IMG/VR virus record: IMGVR_UViG_3300017754_002544 | Location: 60,114 to 124,113 of that record | Source: a virus | Strand: one strand, 5' to 3' | Length of the DNA: 64,000 nt | In this document: positions 40,733-51,212 of the stretch, piece after piece | Numbering within the stretch: the stretch's first letter is position 1 | Layout: the number at the start of each line of letters is the position of its first letter | Made by a program: the position numbers and the translations under genes | Notes under the pieces: model-generated | Database searches by the model: none | The model's input: only the letters and a program-made list of their open reading frames with translations | Told to the model about the DNA's origin: nothing

Positions 40733-41542
40733 TTAAAATGGTAACTCTGATTTTACGTTCTTATTAGAAACTTCTTGTACCGGAGCTGGTTTAACTTCTT
40801 CAACCTTTTCAGTTGGTTTATTAAACTCTTGAGTATACACTACTGTATTCTCTTTAGGAGCAGTGGCCTTTGACTCGCCTTGAGTATATGGTTTTGGTGG
40901 TTCTCCTCCTGTAACTTTAGCTACTTGTGGCATTTTTGTAGATCCAGTTGCATGCTTTTCTAATACTTGATATAGGTATTTATTCCTTTCAAAAGTATTT
41001 TTAACTTTAGTTCCATCAAAATTTTCTTCCCATTTTATAGCTGGGATATCTCCTTCTTTTACTTCACCTTCCTTATTTACAATTGTATATGTAAGCCTTT
41101 GCAATGGGTAGTCCTCTCTTACAGATTTAGTCTCCATATCGGCATGTTTAACAGATATTCCATAGCTTTTATATTCGCTATTTTTCTTATCCATACTGTA
41201 TGGAAAAACTCTATAAACATAATTCTCTTCTAAAGAAGGTAATACTCCAATAAAAGATTCTGCATAAGCTGCAATGTTTTTCTTTTGATCAAAGAGTGGC
41301 ATATTAATATAATTATTAATTCCATCATTGTCAACTAAATGAATTGACACCTCTTTTCCAAAATCAGTCTCTCTTATAGATGAACCTCTGTAGATACCAA
41401 AGATACCTTCTTTGTAATACTTCCTAAAAGAGATTGTACCTTTAGTACTTTTGTGTTGTTCAAAACCTTCCTTTTCTGCTTTTGAAAATTCAAATAAATT
41501 TCCTGTGCTAAACTCAATCTGTAAATACTTGTTATTACTCAT
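40733..41542 (-). CDS. putative ssDNA-binding protein
   Basis: low-complexity tail ending ELPF; located near recA. Confidence 0.45.
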   Translation of the reverse strand: MSNNKYLQIEFSTGNLFEFSKAEKEGFEQHKSTKGTISFRKYYKEGIFGIYRGSSIRETDFGKEVSIHLVDNDGINNYINMPLFDQKKNIAAYAESFIGVLPSLEENYVYRVFPYSMDKKNSEYKSYGISVKHADMETKSVREDYPLQRLTYTIVNKEGEVKEGDIPAIKWEENFDGTKVKNTFERNKYLYQVLEKHATGSTKMPQVAKVTGGEPPKPYTQGESKATAPKENTVVYTQEFNKPTEKVEEVKPAPVQEVSNKNVKSELPF

Positions 41543-41780
41543 AACTCTTTCCTTTTTAAAAATTAAACAATAAATATATAAGACAAATATAGTAAATAAA
41601 ATCTATTATTCAAACTTTTTATCTAAAAAATTTAAAATCATTTCCTTACCTTGTTGTGAATGCATTCCCATTGCCATTAACCACATTCCTAATAGGTTTG
41701 AAAAAGTATTGCAATCTATATTCATTCCTGATTCTTTAACAAAGTATCTGCATAAGAAATCCCTTTCTCCTCTTATTGAC

Positions 41781-42227
41781 TTATAGGTTATCTTGTCCAT
41801 TTATTAAATCTTTAGGGTAAAACTTACCTAATATATTTCCATTGTAGGAGTTGTTACCTGGTTCAATAGATCCATATATCATTAGATACTTAGTCTCGTA
41901 GTACATTAATTGTTTTTTGTTAAAACAAAACTTTAGTATCTCCTTTCTATACTTTAATCCATTTTTTATATTTTCATTCAGCTCTTTGTTTGAACCTGTA
42001 TAAGTTAACCAATCAGATTCTTTTACAACATATTCATATGTCTTTTTTCTTTTATCAGTTATTTCAGCAACTTTTCTTTTACCAAAGTTTTTCTTTCTTT
42101 TGGTATATAAAGATTTTTGTCCAATATATTCTCTACCAGTTTCGTCAACTATTCGATATACAAATCCAATAGCATTTTCCGGAATGTCATCTATATTGTT
42201 TATATTGTAAAAGCTATAAATCCACAT
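41781..42227 (-). CDS. GIY-YIG family endonuclease
   Basis: GFVY...YIGQK, W.TYTGS, YNGNILGKF. Confidence 0.7.
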   Translation of the reverse strand: MWIYSFYNINNIDDIPENAIGFVYRIVDETGREYIGQKSLYTKRKKNFGKRKVAEITDKRKKTYEYVVKESDWLTYTGSNKELNENIKNGLKYRKEILKFCFNKKQLMYYETKYLMIYGSIEPGNNSYNGNILGKFYPKDLINGQDNL

Positions 42228-43213
42228 TACAGTTTAAGGCTTTCATTAGACATTTCTGTAACTATTGATTTTATTTCATCAAGTAAATCTGGATTATCAT
42301 TTAAGATTGCTAAACAATTTTCTTTACCTTGACCTAACTTTGTACCTTGATAAGAATACCAAGAACCTGATTTATCAATAACTTTAAAGTCCACAGCTAA
42401 ATCAATAAGTTCTCCTTCTTTATCGATACCTTTTCCATACTTGATTGTATATTCAGTTTCCCTAAATGGTGGAGCTACTTTATTTTTAATAACCTTAGCC
42501 TTTGTAACATTACCTTCTGGACCAAATCCATCTTTTCCATTTACTTGAGTTGACTTTCTAACTACAATTCTTTGTGAAGCATAGAATTTCAAAGCGTTAC
42601 CAACTCCGATAACTTCAGGAGATCCATACATAACACCAATCTTCTCTCTCAATTGAGATATGAATATCAGCAAACAATTATTCTTTTTTGCTTTACCAGT
42701 AACTTTTCTTAGAGCTTTTGATAAAAGTCTAGCTTGTAATCCAACTGCAGAATCACCCATCTCTCCTTCTAATTCAGCTCTAGGTACAAGAGAAGATGTT
42801 GAGTCGATTACAATAAGTTGAACCTCACCTGTATCAATCATAGCTTCAACCAAGTCAAGTGCTTGTTCTCCTGTATCAGGTTGAGATATTAGCAAGTCAT
42901 CAGTATTTACTCCTAGATTTTCAGCATACACTTTATCAAAAGCGTGTTCTGCATCAATCATAGCACAGTTCTTACCTCTACCTTGTGCTTCAGCAATAGC
43001 GTGAATTGCTAGAGTTGTTTTACCAGATGATTCTGGGCCAGCGATTTCAATTATTCTACCCATTGGGTATCCACCACCAAGTGCATGGTCTAATAATAAT
43101 GATCCTGATGGAAGTAGTTCGATGTCTAAATTCATAGACTCGCCTAATGTCATAACAGCTTCTTTACCAAAAGCTTTTTGAAGTTTACTTAAAGATTCTT
43201 TAGATATTCCCAT
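42227..43213 (-). CDS. recA: recombinase RecA
   Basis: GPESSGKTT, DAEHA, GLQARL, ALKFYAS, KNKVAPPF. Confidence 0.97.
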   Translation of the reverse strand: MGISKESLSKLQKAFGKEAVMTLGESMNLDIELLPSGSLLLDHALGGGYPMGRIIEIAGPESSGKTTLAIHAIAEAQGRGKNCAMIDAEHAFDKVYAENLGVNTDDLLISQPDTGEQALDLVEAMIDTGEVQLIVIDSTSSLVPRAELEGEMGDSAVGLQARLLSKALRKVTGKAKKNNCLLIFISQLREKIGVMYGSPEVIGVGNALKFYASQRIVVRKSTQVNGKDGFGPEGNVTKAKVIKNKVAPPFRETEYTIKYGKGIDKEGELIDLAVDFKVIDKSGSWYSYQGTKLGQGKENCLAILNDNPDLLDEIKSIVTEMSNESLKL

Positions 43214-43282
43214 AGTTGATTTTTTACAAATATAGCAATTTATGATTAACAATCAAAAAATTACCATAATTTTTATCTATTG

Positions 43283-43590
43283 GACATAGTTTGCCTTATT
43301 ACCAGCAAAGTCTCCTCCGCCAGGATTTCACATAGTTGATATGCTACTTAACCAATTAGAGACACTTCGCTACCAGTACCATTTCTTATTTATTCAACGA
43401 TTTTACTCGTTTTGGTTTTTTGCCTCTCTCTATCAGTCTCCCCGGGAGGTTTGCTGGACTCGGTTGCAGGCTTGTGCAGAGCCGAGATAGTTTTTGATAG
43501 AGAGTTCTCTATTAGTTGTAGTTTTGAGTTGTACGTGTCAAAACTGAATCTAAAACACACTATGTCATTTTACTACGAAAAATGCAGTAA
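43283..43590 (-). ncRNA. candidate ~300-nt pseudoknotted RNA
   Basis: own TATATTTG promoter (43595-43602), closing helix GACATAGT/ACTATGTC, several internal helices. Confidence 0.5.
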
Positions 43591-43946
43591 TTCGCAAATA
43601 TATGAAAATAAAAATATATTTGATAAAATTTTTAAAATATTTTTTATCTGATACCGTGTTTGAAAATGTTTGAGAACACCTCTTCTATTACCCTTCTTCC
43701 TAAATCAGGCGGCAGAGCCCCATCTGTGATAGAGTTTATATCAAATAGAGAACTTGATATGCTACTCAATAGTAGAGCATTCTTATCAAAGTATTCATCT
43801 GTAATAACGCTTTCAGATATTGTATTAAATATTTTATAAAAATATTCTTCTTCTGTTTCTATTATTTCGTTCATAATACAAAATTAAATGTAATTATCTT
43901 GCATAAAGCATAAAAATATGTTAAATATTGTTAAAAATTTGGATAA

Positions 43947-44444
43947 TTGAAAAATATTATATTTCTTTATCGAAAATTTTTAAAAACTAAAAATTTGGAA
44001 ACAGCAGAATTAAACCAGCAGGCCCAAGTAAGAAAATCAACTGGGCCTAATATTTATTTAGCCCCAGACATAGTTAAAGAGGACGAATTAGACGGGTTAA
44101 AGAAAATCATATATCTTTTTTCTTGTCATAGAAAAGTTTGTGGAGTAACCTCAAATATTTTAAGGGAGAAGCTAATACTCCTATTGGCATTGTATATTAA
44201 ATATGGATATAATCTAAAAACTAAAGAGAAGGCAGCTAAAATACTAAATGTGAAAAAGCCTGCTATCAATAGTATGAATCTTGAACTTAGGCATAATAAT
44301 TATCTAGTAAAAGATCAAATGAATACAAGGATAAATCATTTGCACAAAGACTTAGTAAAGCTTCAAGAGTATGTCCATTCAAATGGGGATAGTCCAATGA
44401 TGTTTTTATTTCAGGTCGTAAACCATAGCAATGCAGAAGCCTAA
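43947..44444 (+). CDS. hypothetical, possibly HTH protein
   Basis: KEKAAKILNVKKPAINSMN.ELR..NYL. Confidence 0.5.
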   Translation: MKNIIFLYRKFLKTKNLETAELNQQAQVRKSTGPNIYLAPDIVKEDELDGLKKIIYLFSCHRKVCGVTSNILREKLILLLALYIKYGYNLKTKEKAAKILNVKKPAINSMNLELRHNNYLVKDQMNTRINHLHKDLVKLQEYVHSNGDSPMMFLFQVVNHSNAEA

Positions 44445-44847
44445 AGATATTGCTTTTACAAAAGACATTGCTGAGCTAGTTGCTAAGGACCTAGGTATAT
44501 CAAAAGATGTAGCCATGAGTCATATTAAGTTCATGGTTCAATATATAAAAAATCTTACAAAAAATCCTGAAATACTCAATATATATTTACCACATATTGG
44601 TTCATTATACCTGAATTGGAAAAAAGTTGAATATGATTACAATCATTTTAATACTTTACCAAAAGACACTATGAACAAATCTTGGAGTAGGCAGCTAGAC
44701 TTAAATGAAAAAAGGTTAGAGTCCTTTAACAATGAATTTCCGAAGGTAGATAAATACATAAGACATAAGAAAAGATTTAAATTAACAAGTCCTCATTTCA
44801 CTAAAGGTAAAACTATTCAGGAATTAGAGGAGTGGCAAAATCAATAA
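44431..44847 (+). CDS. HU/IHF-like DNA-binding protein
   Basis: KDIAELVAKDLGISKD.A...I.LPHIGSL matches the HU N-terminal pattern. Confidence 0.6.
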   Translation: MQKPKDIAFTKDIAELVAKDLGISKDVAMSHIKFMVQYIKNLTKNPEILNIYLPHIGSLYLNWKKVEYDYNHFNTLPKDTMNKSWSRQLDLNEKRLESFNNEFPKVDKYIRHKKRFKLTSPHFTKGKTIQELEEWQNQ

Positions 44848-44848
44848 T

Positions 44849-45514
44849 ATGAATATAAAAAAGGCAAAAACAATAGTAAAAGCATTTTTATCTGAATTAC
44901 CAACTGGTGAAAAGTGGTATGAAGATAGATTGGAAATATGTAATTTATGTGAATACAATACGAAAAATATAGAAAGAGATAAACTTTCAATGACTGATCG
45001 TATAAAAATATCAACAGGATTATGTGACAATAAGAACCATTGTACGGCTTGTGGATGTTGTATAGAAAGAAAGTCTTCAGTAAAAGGAGAGACTTGTGGA
45101 TTAACTTATTTAAATATGGAACCTAAGTGGATAGCTATAGAAGTTGAGTCTACTCTTAACGATGGAATATCAATCATAAATATGAATCCTGAATTAGGAA
45201 CATTGACTTATGGAGATAGTGGATTTGTCTATGACTTTGGATCGTCTTCTGATAATGTACTAACTACAAAATTTCAAATAAAAAATGATAAAGGAAAGCT
45301 AGATGTAAAGTCTTATAACGCAGGTTGTTCATGTACTCTTGGAGAAATGCTAGTTATAGATGAAAATACAGTTGAATTTAAAGTAGATATATCAACAGTA
45401 AATTTTAGGAAAGAGGATTTAAACATAAGGTCGATGAATGTAGTATACAATGTAGAGAATAAGAATTTTACAAAAACAATAAACATAACATTTAAAGTAT
45501 TTAAAAATGGCTAA
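44849..45514 (+). CDS. Cys-rich N-domain plus DUF1573-like Ig domain
   Basis: R.EIC..C...C..CGC...C...KW; GCSCT. Confidence 0.55.
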   Translation: MNIKKAKTIVKAFLSELPTGEKWYEDRLEICNLCEYNTKNIERDKLSMTDRIKISTGLCDNKNHCTACGCCIERKSSVKGETCGLTYLNMEPKWIAIEVESTLNDGISIINMNPELGTLTYGDSGFVYDFGSSSDNVLTTKFQIKNDKGKLDVKSYNAGCSCTLGEMLVIDENTVEFKVDISTVNFRKEDLNIRSMNVVYNVENKNFTKTINITFKVFKNG

Positions 45515-45749
45515 TAATATAAACTATAAACCTCTATTTCTAGACAAGTTAATAGAATATACAGAAAAACTTCCAGAGTATTCTCTTGGAGAGATATTTC
45601 ATAGTATCTTTACTCAATTATCTAAGTCAAATATAGATATAAGTAAGAAAGGTGATTTATTAAACATTACTGATAATCAATTGTATTCAGCGATTGATAA
45701 GTCAATAAAAGATGAAACTGAGTAATAAACAAATATAAATATAAATATA

Positions 45750-46241
45750 ATGGATAACAATTTAAAAACCTACCTGAACACAAGAGTAAACGAATTACTT
45801 ACTAAAGCTGATTTATTTCAGAAACAACTAATTTCATATAGAGAAAATTTTGTTGATTTAAGAATAAAACTTCAAGCTACTAAAAAAGTAAATCCAAACA
45901 CTCCAATTTCAGATGTTAAGGATGACTTGATTAGACTACAAGAAAGTCATTACAATGCTTTTTTATTAGAGCAAAACCTACAACATACCTTAAATGTATT
46001 GATAGAATTAGGAAATATGAGTAATATTCTTAATATAGATTTGGACTTAGATGAAGATAAGTCTAGAAAATTAAAAGACATAGCACAAAATTCTTCTGAC
46101 TTATTTATGATTAATGGAAATAATGAAGTAGTATTTGCTGATAACGAAATAAGAGAGCTTGTTGAAAAAACATTTAAGGAAAGAAACTCAAATGAAGAGT
46201 TATTAACTACATTATTTGAAGAGTTACCAATAAACAATTAA
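45750..46241 (+). CDS. coiled-coil hypothetical protein
   Basis: directly upstream of the terminase. Confidence 0.55.
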   Translation: MDNNLKTYLNTRVNELLTKADLFQKQLISYRENFVDLRIKLQATKKVNPNTPISDVKDDLIRLQESHYNAFLLEQNLQHTLNVLIELGNMSNILNIDLDLDEDKSRKLKDIAQNSSDLFMINGNNEVVFADNEIRELVEKTFKERNSNEELLTTLFEELPINN

Positions 46242-46242
46242 T

Positions 46243-48303
46243 ATGTCGAGCATTCTTAGTAGTAAGGAGATGTTCATTAATATGAAGAATCCTCCTATAT
46301 ATAATCCAAGAAAGCATTATTTTGAACAAACTTCTGACGTAATACAATTTTATGAAGAAGAAAAATCTAAAATAATCAACGGAGTATATATAGGAGGATA
46401 TTTCGTTCATCCATGGATGTATTATCATCTTAATTTTTTTAAGACTCCAATACCTCAGCAAAACAAAGAGGAAAAGATGATGTCACCACCATTGGATGAC
46501 AATTTTATGTATGTCGCTGAAAGCTACCAAGAAGCTGAAGAAAAAGGTAAAGGTTTATGTTTATTTGGTACAAGGGGATTTTCTAAATCAACTGACTTAG
46601 CATCTCTAACTTCTTGGCTAAATACTATTCGAGTTAATGGTGTAACATCAATAGTTGGGGGTTCAGACGGTGACTTACAAGCGATATCATCTTTATTAGA
46701 AAGACACTTTAACAATGTTCATCCAGCATTCCAGATACCTAGACTTTTAACTGATTGGGACTCTTTTGTTGAGTTTGGCCTAAAAGAAAAGACTGGGCAT
46801 AGATATGTACACTCTCAGATAGCTATACGAAATGTAAATAGAGGAGGTAAAAAAGAGTCTGAAAAAAGTGCCGGATTATCTCCAGTTGGTTATATTATGG
46901 ATGAGATTGGTAAGTTTGATTGCAAAGCCACACTTAATGCAGCACTTCCTTCATTTAGAACTCAGTATGGACAAAAGCTAGTTCACTTACTATCTGGAAC
47001 AGGTGGTAATAAAGAATTGTCACAAGATGCTAAAGATATCCTGTCAGATCCAGAGGCATATGATTTATTACTAGTTAATTGGGATAGACTTGATAGGAGT
47101 GTTCCGGAAGAAGCAATAACTTGGGAAAGGAGTAAAAGAAGTAAATTTTCAATGTTTGTTCCTGGACAAATGAGCTATCGTCTTCCAATACCAAAACAAA
47201 CAAAGAAATTTTCAGAATTTTTAGGTATAAAAGATGAATTACTAGATAAAATAGAAATTAAAGTTACAAATTGGGTTGAGGCTAGTGAGTATATAAAACA
47301 TAGAAATACTGCATTAAAAAACGAAGAGGACAGGCAAAAAAATCAAATGTACTACCCACTTGAAACTGCAGATTGCTTTTTAACTAGTAGTAATAATCCA
47401 TTCCCAGTTACAATAATTGATAGGCATATAAGAAAACTAGAAGATGAAGGTAAAGTAGGAAAAGACATAGGAATTTACCGAGATGGGAAAGGAGCTTTTA
47501 AATATGAATTAGTAAATAAAAAGAGAGCTCAAGTATCACATGGTGGTGGAGCTATAGATGCTCCAATAGTCTTATTTTCAGCATTCCCAGAAAGTACTCC
47601 ACCAAGAGGAGTTTTTGTTTCAGGATTAGACTCCTATAAATTAGATGTATCGGACACAGACTCATTAGGATCATTTTATGTAATTAAAAGGAGAAACTTA
47701 GAACCAAATGAGCCATGCGAAATAATAGCATGTTCATATACATCAAGACCCGATAGACAAAGGGACTTTAATGCAACTTGTGAAAAGATATCAGATGTTT
47801 GGAATGCTGAATGTCTTATGGAAAGTATAGATATGAGCTTCAAGCAGTTTCTAGAACAAAAAGGCAGAGAGTATGATATCCTAGCTCCAGCTATATCTTT
47901 TTCAGGATTAACTAGCAAGAAAGCACCTAAGCTTAATTCAAAGTTTGGTTTATTTCCAAACGCAGGAAATAACCAATATAGATTTAATGTTTTAGTTGAT
48001 TATTGTAAAGAAGAGCACACAATCGGAATAGATGAAGATGGTAATCCAATTGTAAAATATGGTGTTGAATTTATTGAAGATATAGATCTATTGAAGGAAA
48101 TGCAAAACTGGTATAAAGGTGGTAACTTTGACCGCATTACAGCATTTTCACACGCATTAGTTTACGCTAGAGAGTTAGATAAAATGAATGTACTTCCTGA
48201 TAAAGTTAAAACTAAAAAGGATTTAACTCAATCTGATTTAAGAAAGCGTGAGCTATTACTAGGAAATAATAGGTATGGAATGACTAGAGGAAAGAAATAT
48301 TAA
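46243..48303 (+). CDS. terL: terminase large subunit
   Basis: TRGFSKS Walker A variant, IMDEIG Walker B, GTGG, GLDSY..D...DSLGS, GNFDR. Confidence 0.88.
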   Translation: MSSILSSKEMFINMKNPPIYNPRKHYFEQTSDVIQFYEEEKSKIINGVYIGGYFVHPWMYYHLNFFKTPIPQQNKEEKMMSPPLDDNFMYVAESYQEAEEKGKGLCLFGTRGFSKSTDLASLTSWLNTIRVNGVTSIVGGSDGDLQAISSLLERHFNNVHPAFQIPRLLTDWDSFVEFGLKEKTGHRYVHSQIAIRNVNRGGKKESEKSAGLSPVGYIMDEIGKFDCKATLNAALPSFRTQYGQKLVHLLSGTGGNKELSQDAKDILSDPEAYDLLLVNWDRLDRSVPEEAITWERSKRSKFSMFVPGQMSYRLPIPKQTKKFSEFLGIKDELLDKIEIKVTNWVEASEYIKHRNTALKNEEDRQKNQMYYPLETADCFLTSSNNPFPVTIIDRHIRKLEDEGKVGKDIGIYRDGKGAFKYELVNKKRAQVSHGGGAIDAPIVLFSAFPESTPPRGVFVSGLDSYKLDVSDTDSLGSFYVIKRRNLEPNEPCEIIACSYTSRPDRQRDFNATCEKISDVWNAECLMESIDMSFKQFLEQKGREYDILAPAISFSGLTSKKAPKLNSKFGLFPNAGNNQYRFNVLVDYCKEEHTIGIDEDGNPIVKYGVEFIEDIDLLKEMQNWYKGGNFDRITAFSHALVYARELDKMNVLPDKVKTKKDLTQSDLRKRELLLGNNRYGMTRGKKY

Positions 48304-48359
48304 ATTATACAAATTCTAATTTTTTTGATTTTTAACTAGAATTTAAAGATATTTGTAAT

Positions 48360-51125
48360 ATGGGATATATTGGAGCGAGCCCCACAACAATTTTTTCAAG
48401 AATATATAAGTCGGATAACCTTCCGCCAATGACCGTACCTAAAAAGGTAAAAGAGTCTAAAGATTGGCAGGAAGCAGTATTGGATTCTTTTGAGTTTTTA
48501 GCTATTGAGCAATTTAAAGATAATCTACAATTCATCGACTTATACAGAATGGTTGATGGGAAAATATCATATCAAGAGCTATCAGAAGTAGCTCCACATA
48601 TGAAGGATATTCAGAGTTTATTAGATGGAGTAGGTGTTCCATCTTTCTTAAAGCACTATGATATTATAGGTATAGTAATCAACGCTTTAGTTGGATACTA
48701 TGGAACTATGCAACCAAAGTTCCACGTAACAGATACTGGAGAAGTAGCTGAAAGCGAATTTTTAAGACATAAGAATGAAGAGCTCCAAACCCTAATTCAA
48801 AATGTAATTAAAAATACAGTAGACTTGCACTTAGCTAAAAATGGTATAACTGCTGAAGGTCAAACATTTGAAAGCGAAGAGGAACAACAACAGTATATTC
48901 AACAGCTCCAAGAAACTGCAAAGCAATTTGTTCCAAAGGATACTGAAAGAGATTCTAAAAAAACCTTTAAGACCATTGGTATGCAATGGGGCGAAGCTAC
49001 TTTAGAAAGAGATAGAGAAAGGTTTAACTTCTCAAAATTAGAAAGAGACGAATTAAAAGATCAGTTAACTTCTGGTAGATGCTTTAGACATTTTAGAATT
49101 GGTTTCGATGATTATGAACCAGAATCTTGGAGTGCAAAAAATACATTCTTTTCTAGAGAAGTAGATGCTGAGATGGTTCATAAAGGCGAGTACGTTGGTA
49201 GACTTAATTTTTGGACACCTGCAGAAGTTATTAGAAGATATGGTCATGAAATAAACGCTAAGGACCAAAAAGCCCTACTTGGTGGTAACGAAGCATGGAA
49301 GACTTTTGTTGGAGATGGTTACTATACAGGTACAGTTGAAGAATCAATTAAAAGTAATTTTAACAAACAAGTAAGAGTACCATTTGCTAATTACTACGAT
49401 TATAACTTTTATTTAGGATTACAAGAGGAAACTGGAATCCCAATGGGAATTCAAACCATTTATAATTCTGATGGAACTAGCTCAGATAGAGAAAGATTCT
49501 TACCTAGACTAATGGGGGATTATCATGGAAGATATAGCTACTATGCTAAAATCATGCGTGATGACTTTAAGCATAGACTAGATTTATGTCAAGTTACAGA
49601 AACATATTTTAGAGCTTATGAACTTTGGGGTTATTTAACATATGAAGATTCGACAGGTAGAATTGTAACAGAAGAAGTTACTGAAGACATTCTTCCAGAA
49701 TTTTTAAAGGAAAATAATATCTCTCAAAATTATAAAACAGAACTGGTAAAGATTGTAAAAGATTTTAAGCCTAATACACTACAATGGACGTATAGACCAG
49801 TAGTATATGAAGGAGTTAAAATTCAATCAGAAAATTTAGTTAAACCTATCTACTTATATTGTAGACCTTGTGAGCATCAAATTAAAGGAGATAGTGAATT
49901 TGATAGATGGCTTCCTGTTGCAGGATACATAGGTCAATCACAAGCAAAGAAAATTGAACCATATCAAGCTAAGTATAATCTATGTATGAATCAAATATAC
50001 TCTATGCTTGAAAAAGAGATAGGTGTATTTTTCTTATTAGATACTGCAATGATACCATCAGAGTTCGATGGATGGGGAGATGCTCAAGAGGCTCTTATAG
50101 CTATGAGAAATATAGCAAAAGATGTAGGAATCCTTCCAGTTGCAACTAGTCAGGATAATCAAAGAAATCCAACTAACTTTAATCAGTTTTCTACATATAA
50201 TTTAAGTTATTCAGCTCAAATGGCCGATAGAATTCGTTTAGCAGAATTCTCTCAAAGAAAAGCTTATGAGATGATTGGAATAAATCCAAATATACTTCAA
50301 GCTCCGGCAAAGTATGAAACTGCTGAAGGAGTTAGGCAAAGCCAGGAAGCGACATATGCTCAGATATCCGAGATATTTGAAAACTATGAAAATTATATTA
50401 AATCTGCATATGAGTTGCATTTATCAGTAGCTCAGTATTGTCAGTCTAATAAAAAGGATATAACACTATACTACACAAAATCTGATGCTAGTATTGAGTA
50501 TCTTAAATTTACAGATCCTGAATTTCCATTTAGAAGACTAGGATTAATTGCTTCCTCAGATTCTAAAAAGAGAAAAGAGCTTGAAACATTTAAGACTTAT
50601 CTATTACAAACAAACACACTAGGAACTGATACTCTAGAAATAGCTAAACTAATTTCTTCAGATGAATTCTCAGAAGTTGTAGAAATAGCTAAGAGTGCTC
50701 AAGAAAGAAGAATGGCTATGGAGCAACAACAGTTCCAACAGCAACAAGCACTTGAACAACAAAGAGCTGAAAACCAAAGAGTAGCTGCAGAAGAAGCTTG
50801 GACTAGACAAGAGGAAAGTAAACAAAGAGATAGAGAAAATATCCTTAATAAAGAAAGAATTAATGCTTTAGGTAGAGCTTCTGACAAACAGTCTAATGAA
50901 TTAGGTTTTGCTCAAATTAATAAGCAAGCTGATTTAGCTATGAAAACTAACGAGCTAAACTTTAAGAATGAGGAAGCTGTTAGAGCTTATAATCAAGAAG
51001 ATAAGAAAATGAGCCAAGATATGGCACTTAAAATGGAGAAGCTAAAGATAGAAGCTAAGAAGGTAGAGGAAAGAATGCTAGATAGAAGAAGTAAAGAATA
51101 TGTAGCAGAGATTAACAAGAATTAA
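48360..51125 (+). CDS. portal protein
   Basis: 921 aa, follows TerL, coiled-coil C-terminus, crAss-like synteny. Confidence 0.8.
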   Translation: MGYIGASPTTIFSRIYKSDNLPPMTVPKKVKESKDWQEAVLDSFEFLAIEQFKDNLQFIDLYRMVDGKISYQELSEVAPHMKDIQSLLDGVGVPSFLKHYDIIGIVINALVGYYGTMQPKFHVTDTGEVAESEFLRHKNEELQTLIQNVIKNTVDLHLAKNGITAEGQTFESEEEQQQYIQQLQETAKQFVPKDTERDSKKTFKTIGMQWGEATLERDRERFNFSKLERDELKDQLTSGRCFRHFRIGFDDYEPESWSAKNTFFSREVDAEMVHKGEYVGRLNFWTPAEVIRRYGHEINAKDQKALLGGNEAWKTFVGDGYYTGTVEESIKSNFNKQVRVPFANYYDYNFYLGLQEETGIPMGIQTIYNSDGTSSDRERFLPRLMGDYHGRYSYYAKIMRDDFKHRLDLCQVTETYFRAYELWGYLTYEDSTGRIVTEEVTEDILPEFLKENNISQNYKTELVKIVKDFKPNTLQWTYRPVVYEGVKIQSENLVKPIYLYCRPCEHQIKGDSEFDRWLPVAGYIGQSQAKKIEPYQAKYNLCMNQIYSMLEKEIGVFFLLDTAMIPSEFDGWGDAQEALIAMRNIAKDVGILPVATSQDNQRNPTNFNQFSTYNLSYSAQMADRIRLAEFSQRKAYEMIGINPNILQAPAKYETAEGVRQSQEATYAQISEIFENYENYIKSAYELHLSVAQYCQSNKKDITLYYTKSDASIEYLKFTDPEFPFRRLGLIASSDSKKRKELETFKTYLLQTNTLGTDTLEIAKLISSDEFSEVVEIAKSAQERRMAMEQQQFQQQQALEQQRAENQRVAAEEAWTRQEESKQRDRENILNKERINALGRASDKQSNELGFAQINKQADLAMKTNELNFKNEEAVRAYNQEDKKMSQDMALKMEKLKIEAKKVEERMLDRRSKEYVAEINKN

Positions 51126-51212
51126 ATTATATAATATTTTTCAATTTTATTTTTTGAAATATTATATAATAGTGATGAATTTGTAAAATTAAAAACCATA
51201 AAATAAATTTGC

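Noticed and set aside
43283-43566. RNase P RNA or tmRNA
   Set aside because: Lacks the GAGGAAAGUCC/P4 consensus and tRNA-like termini.
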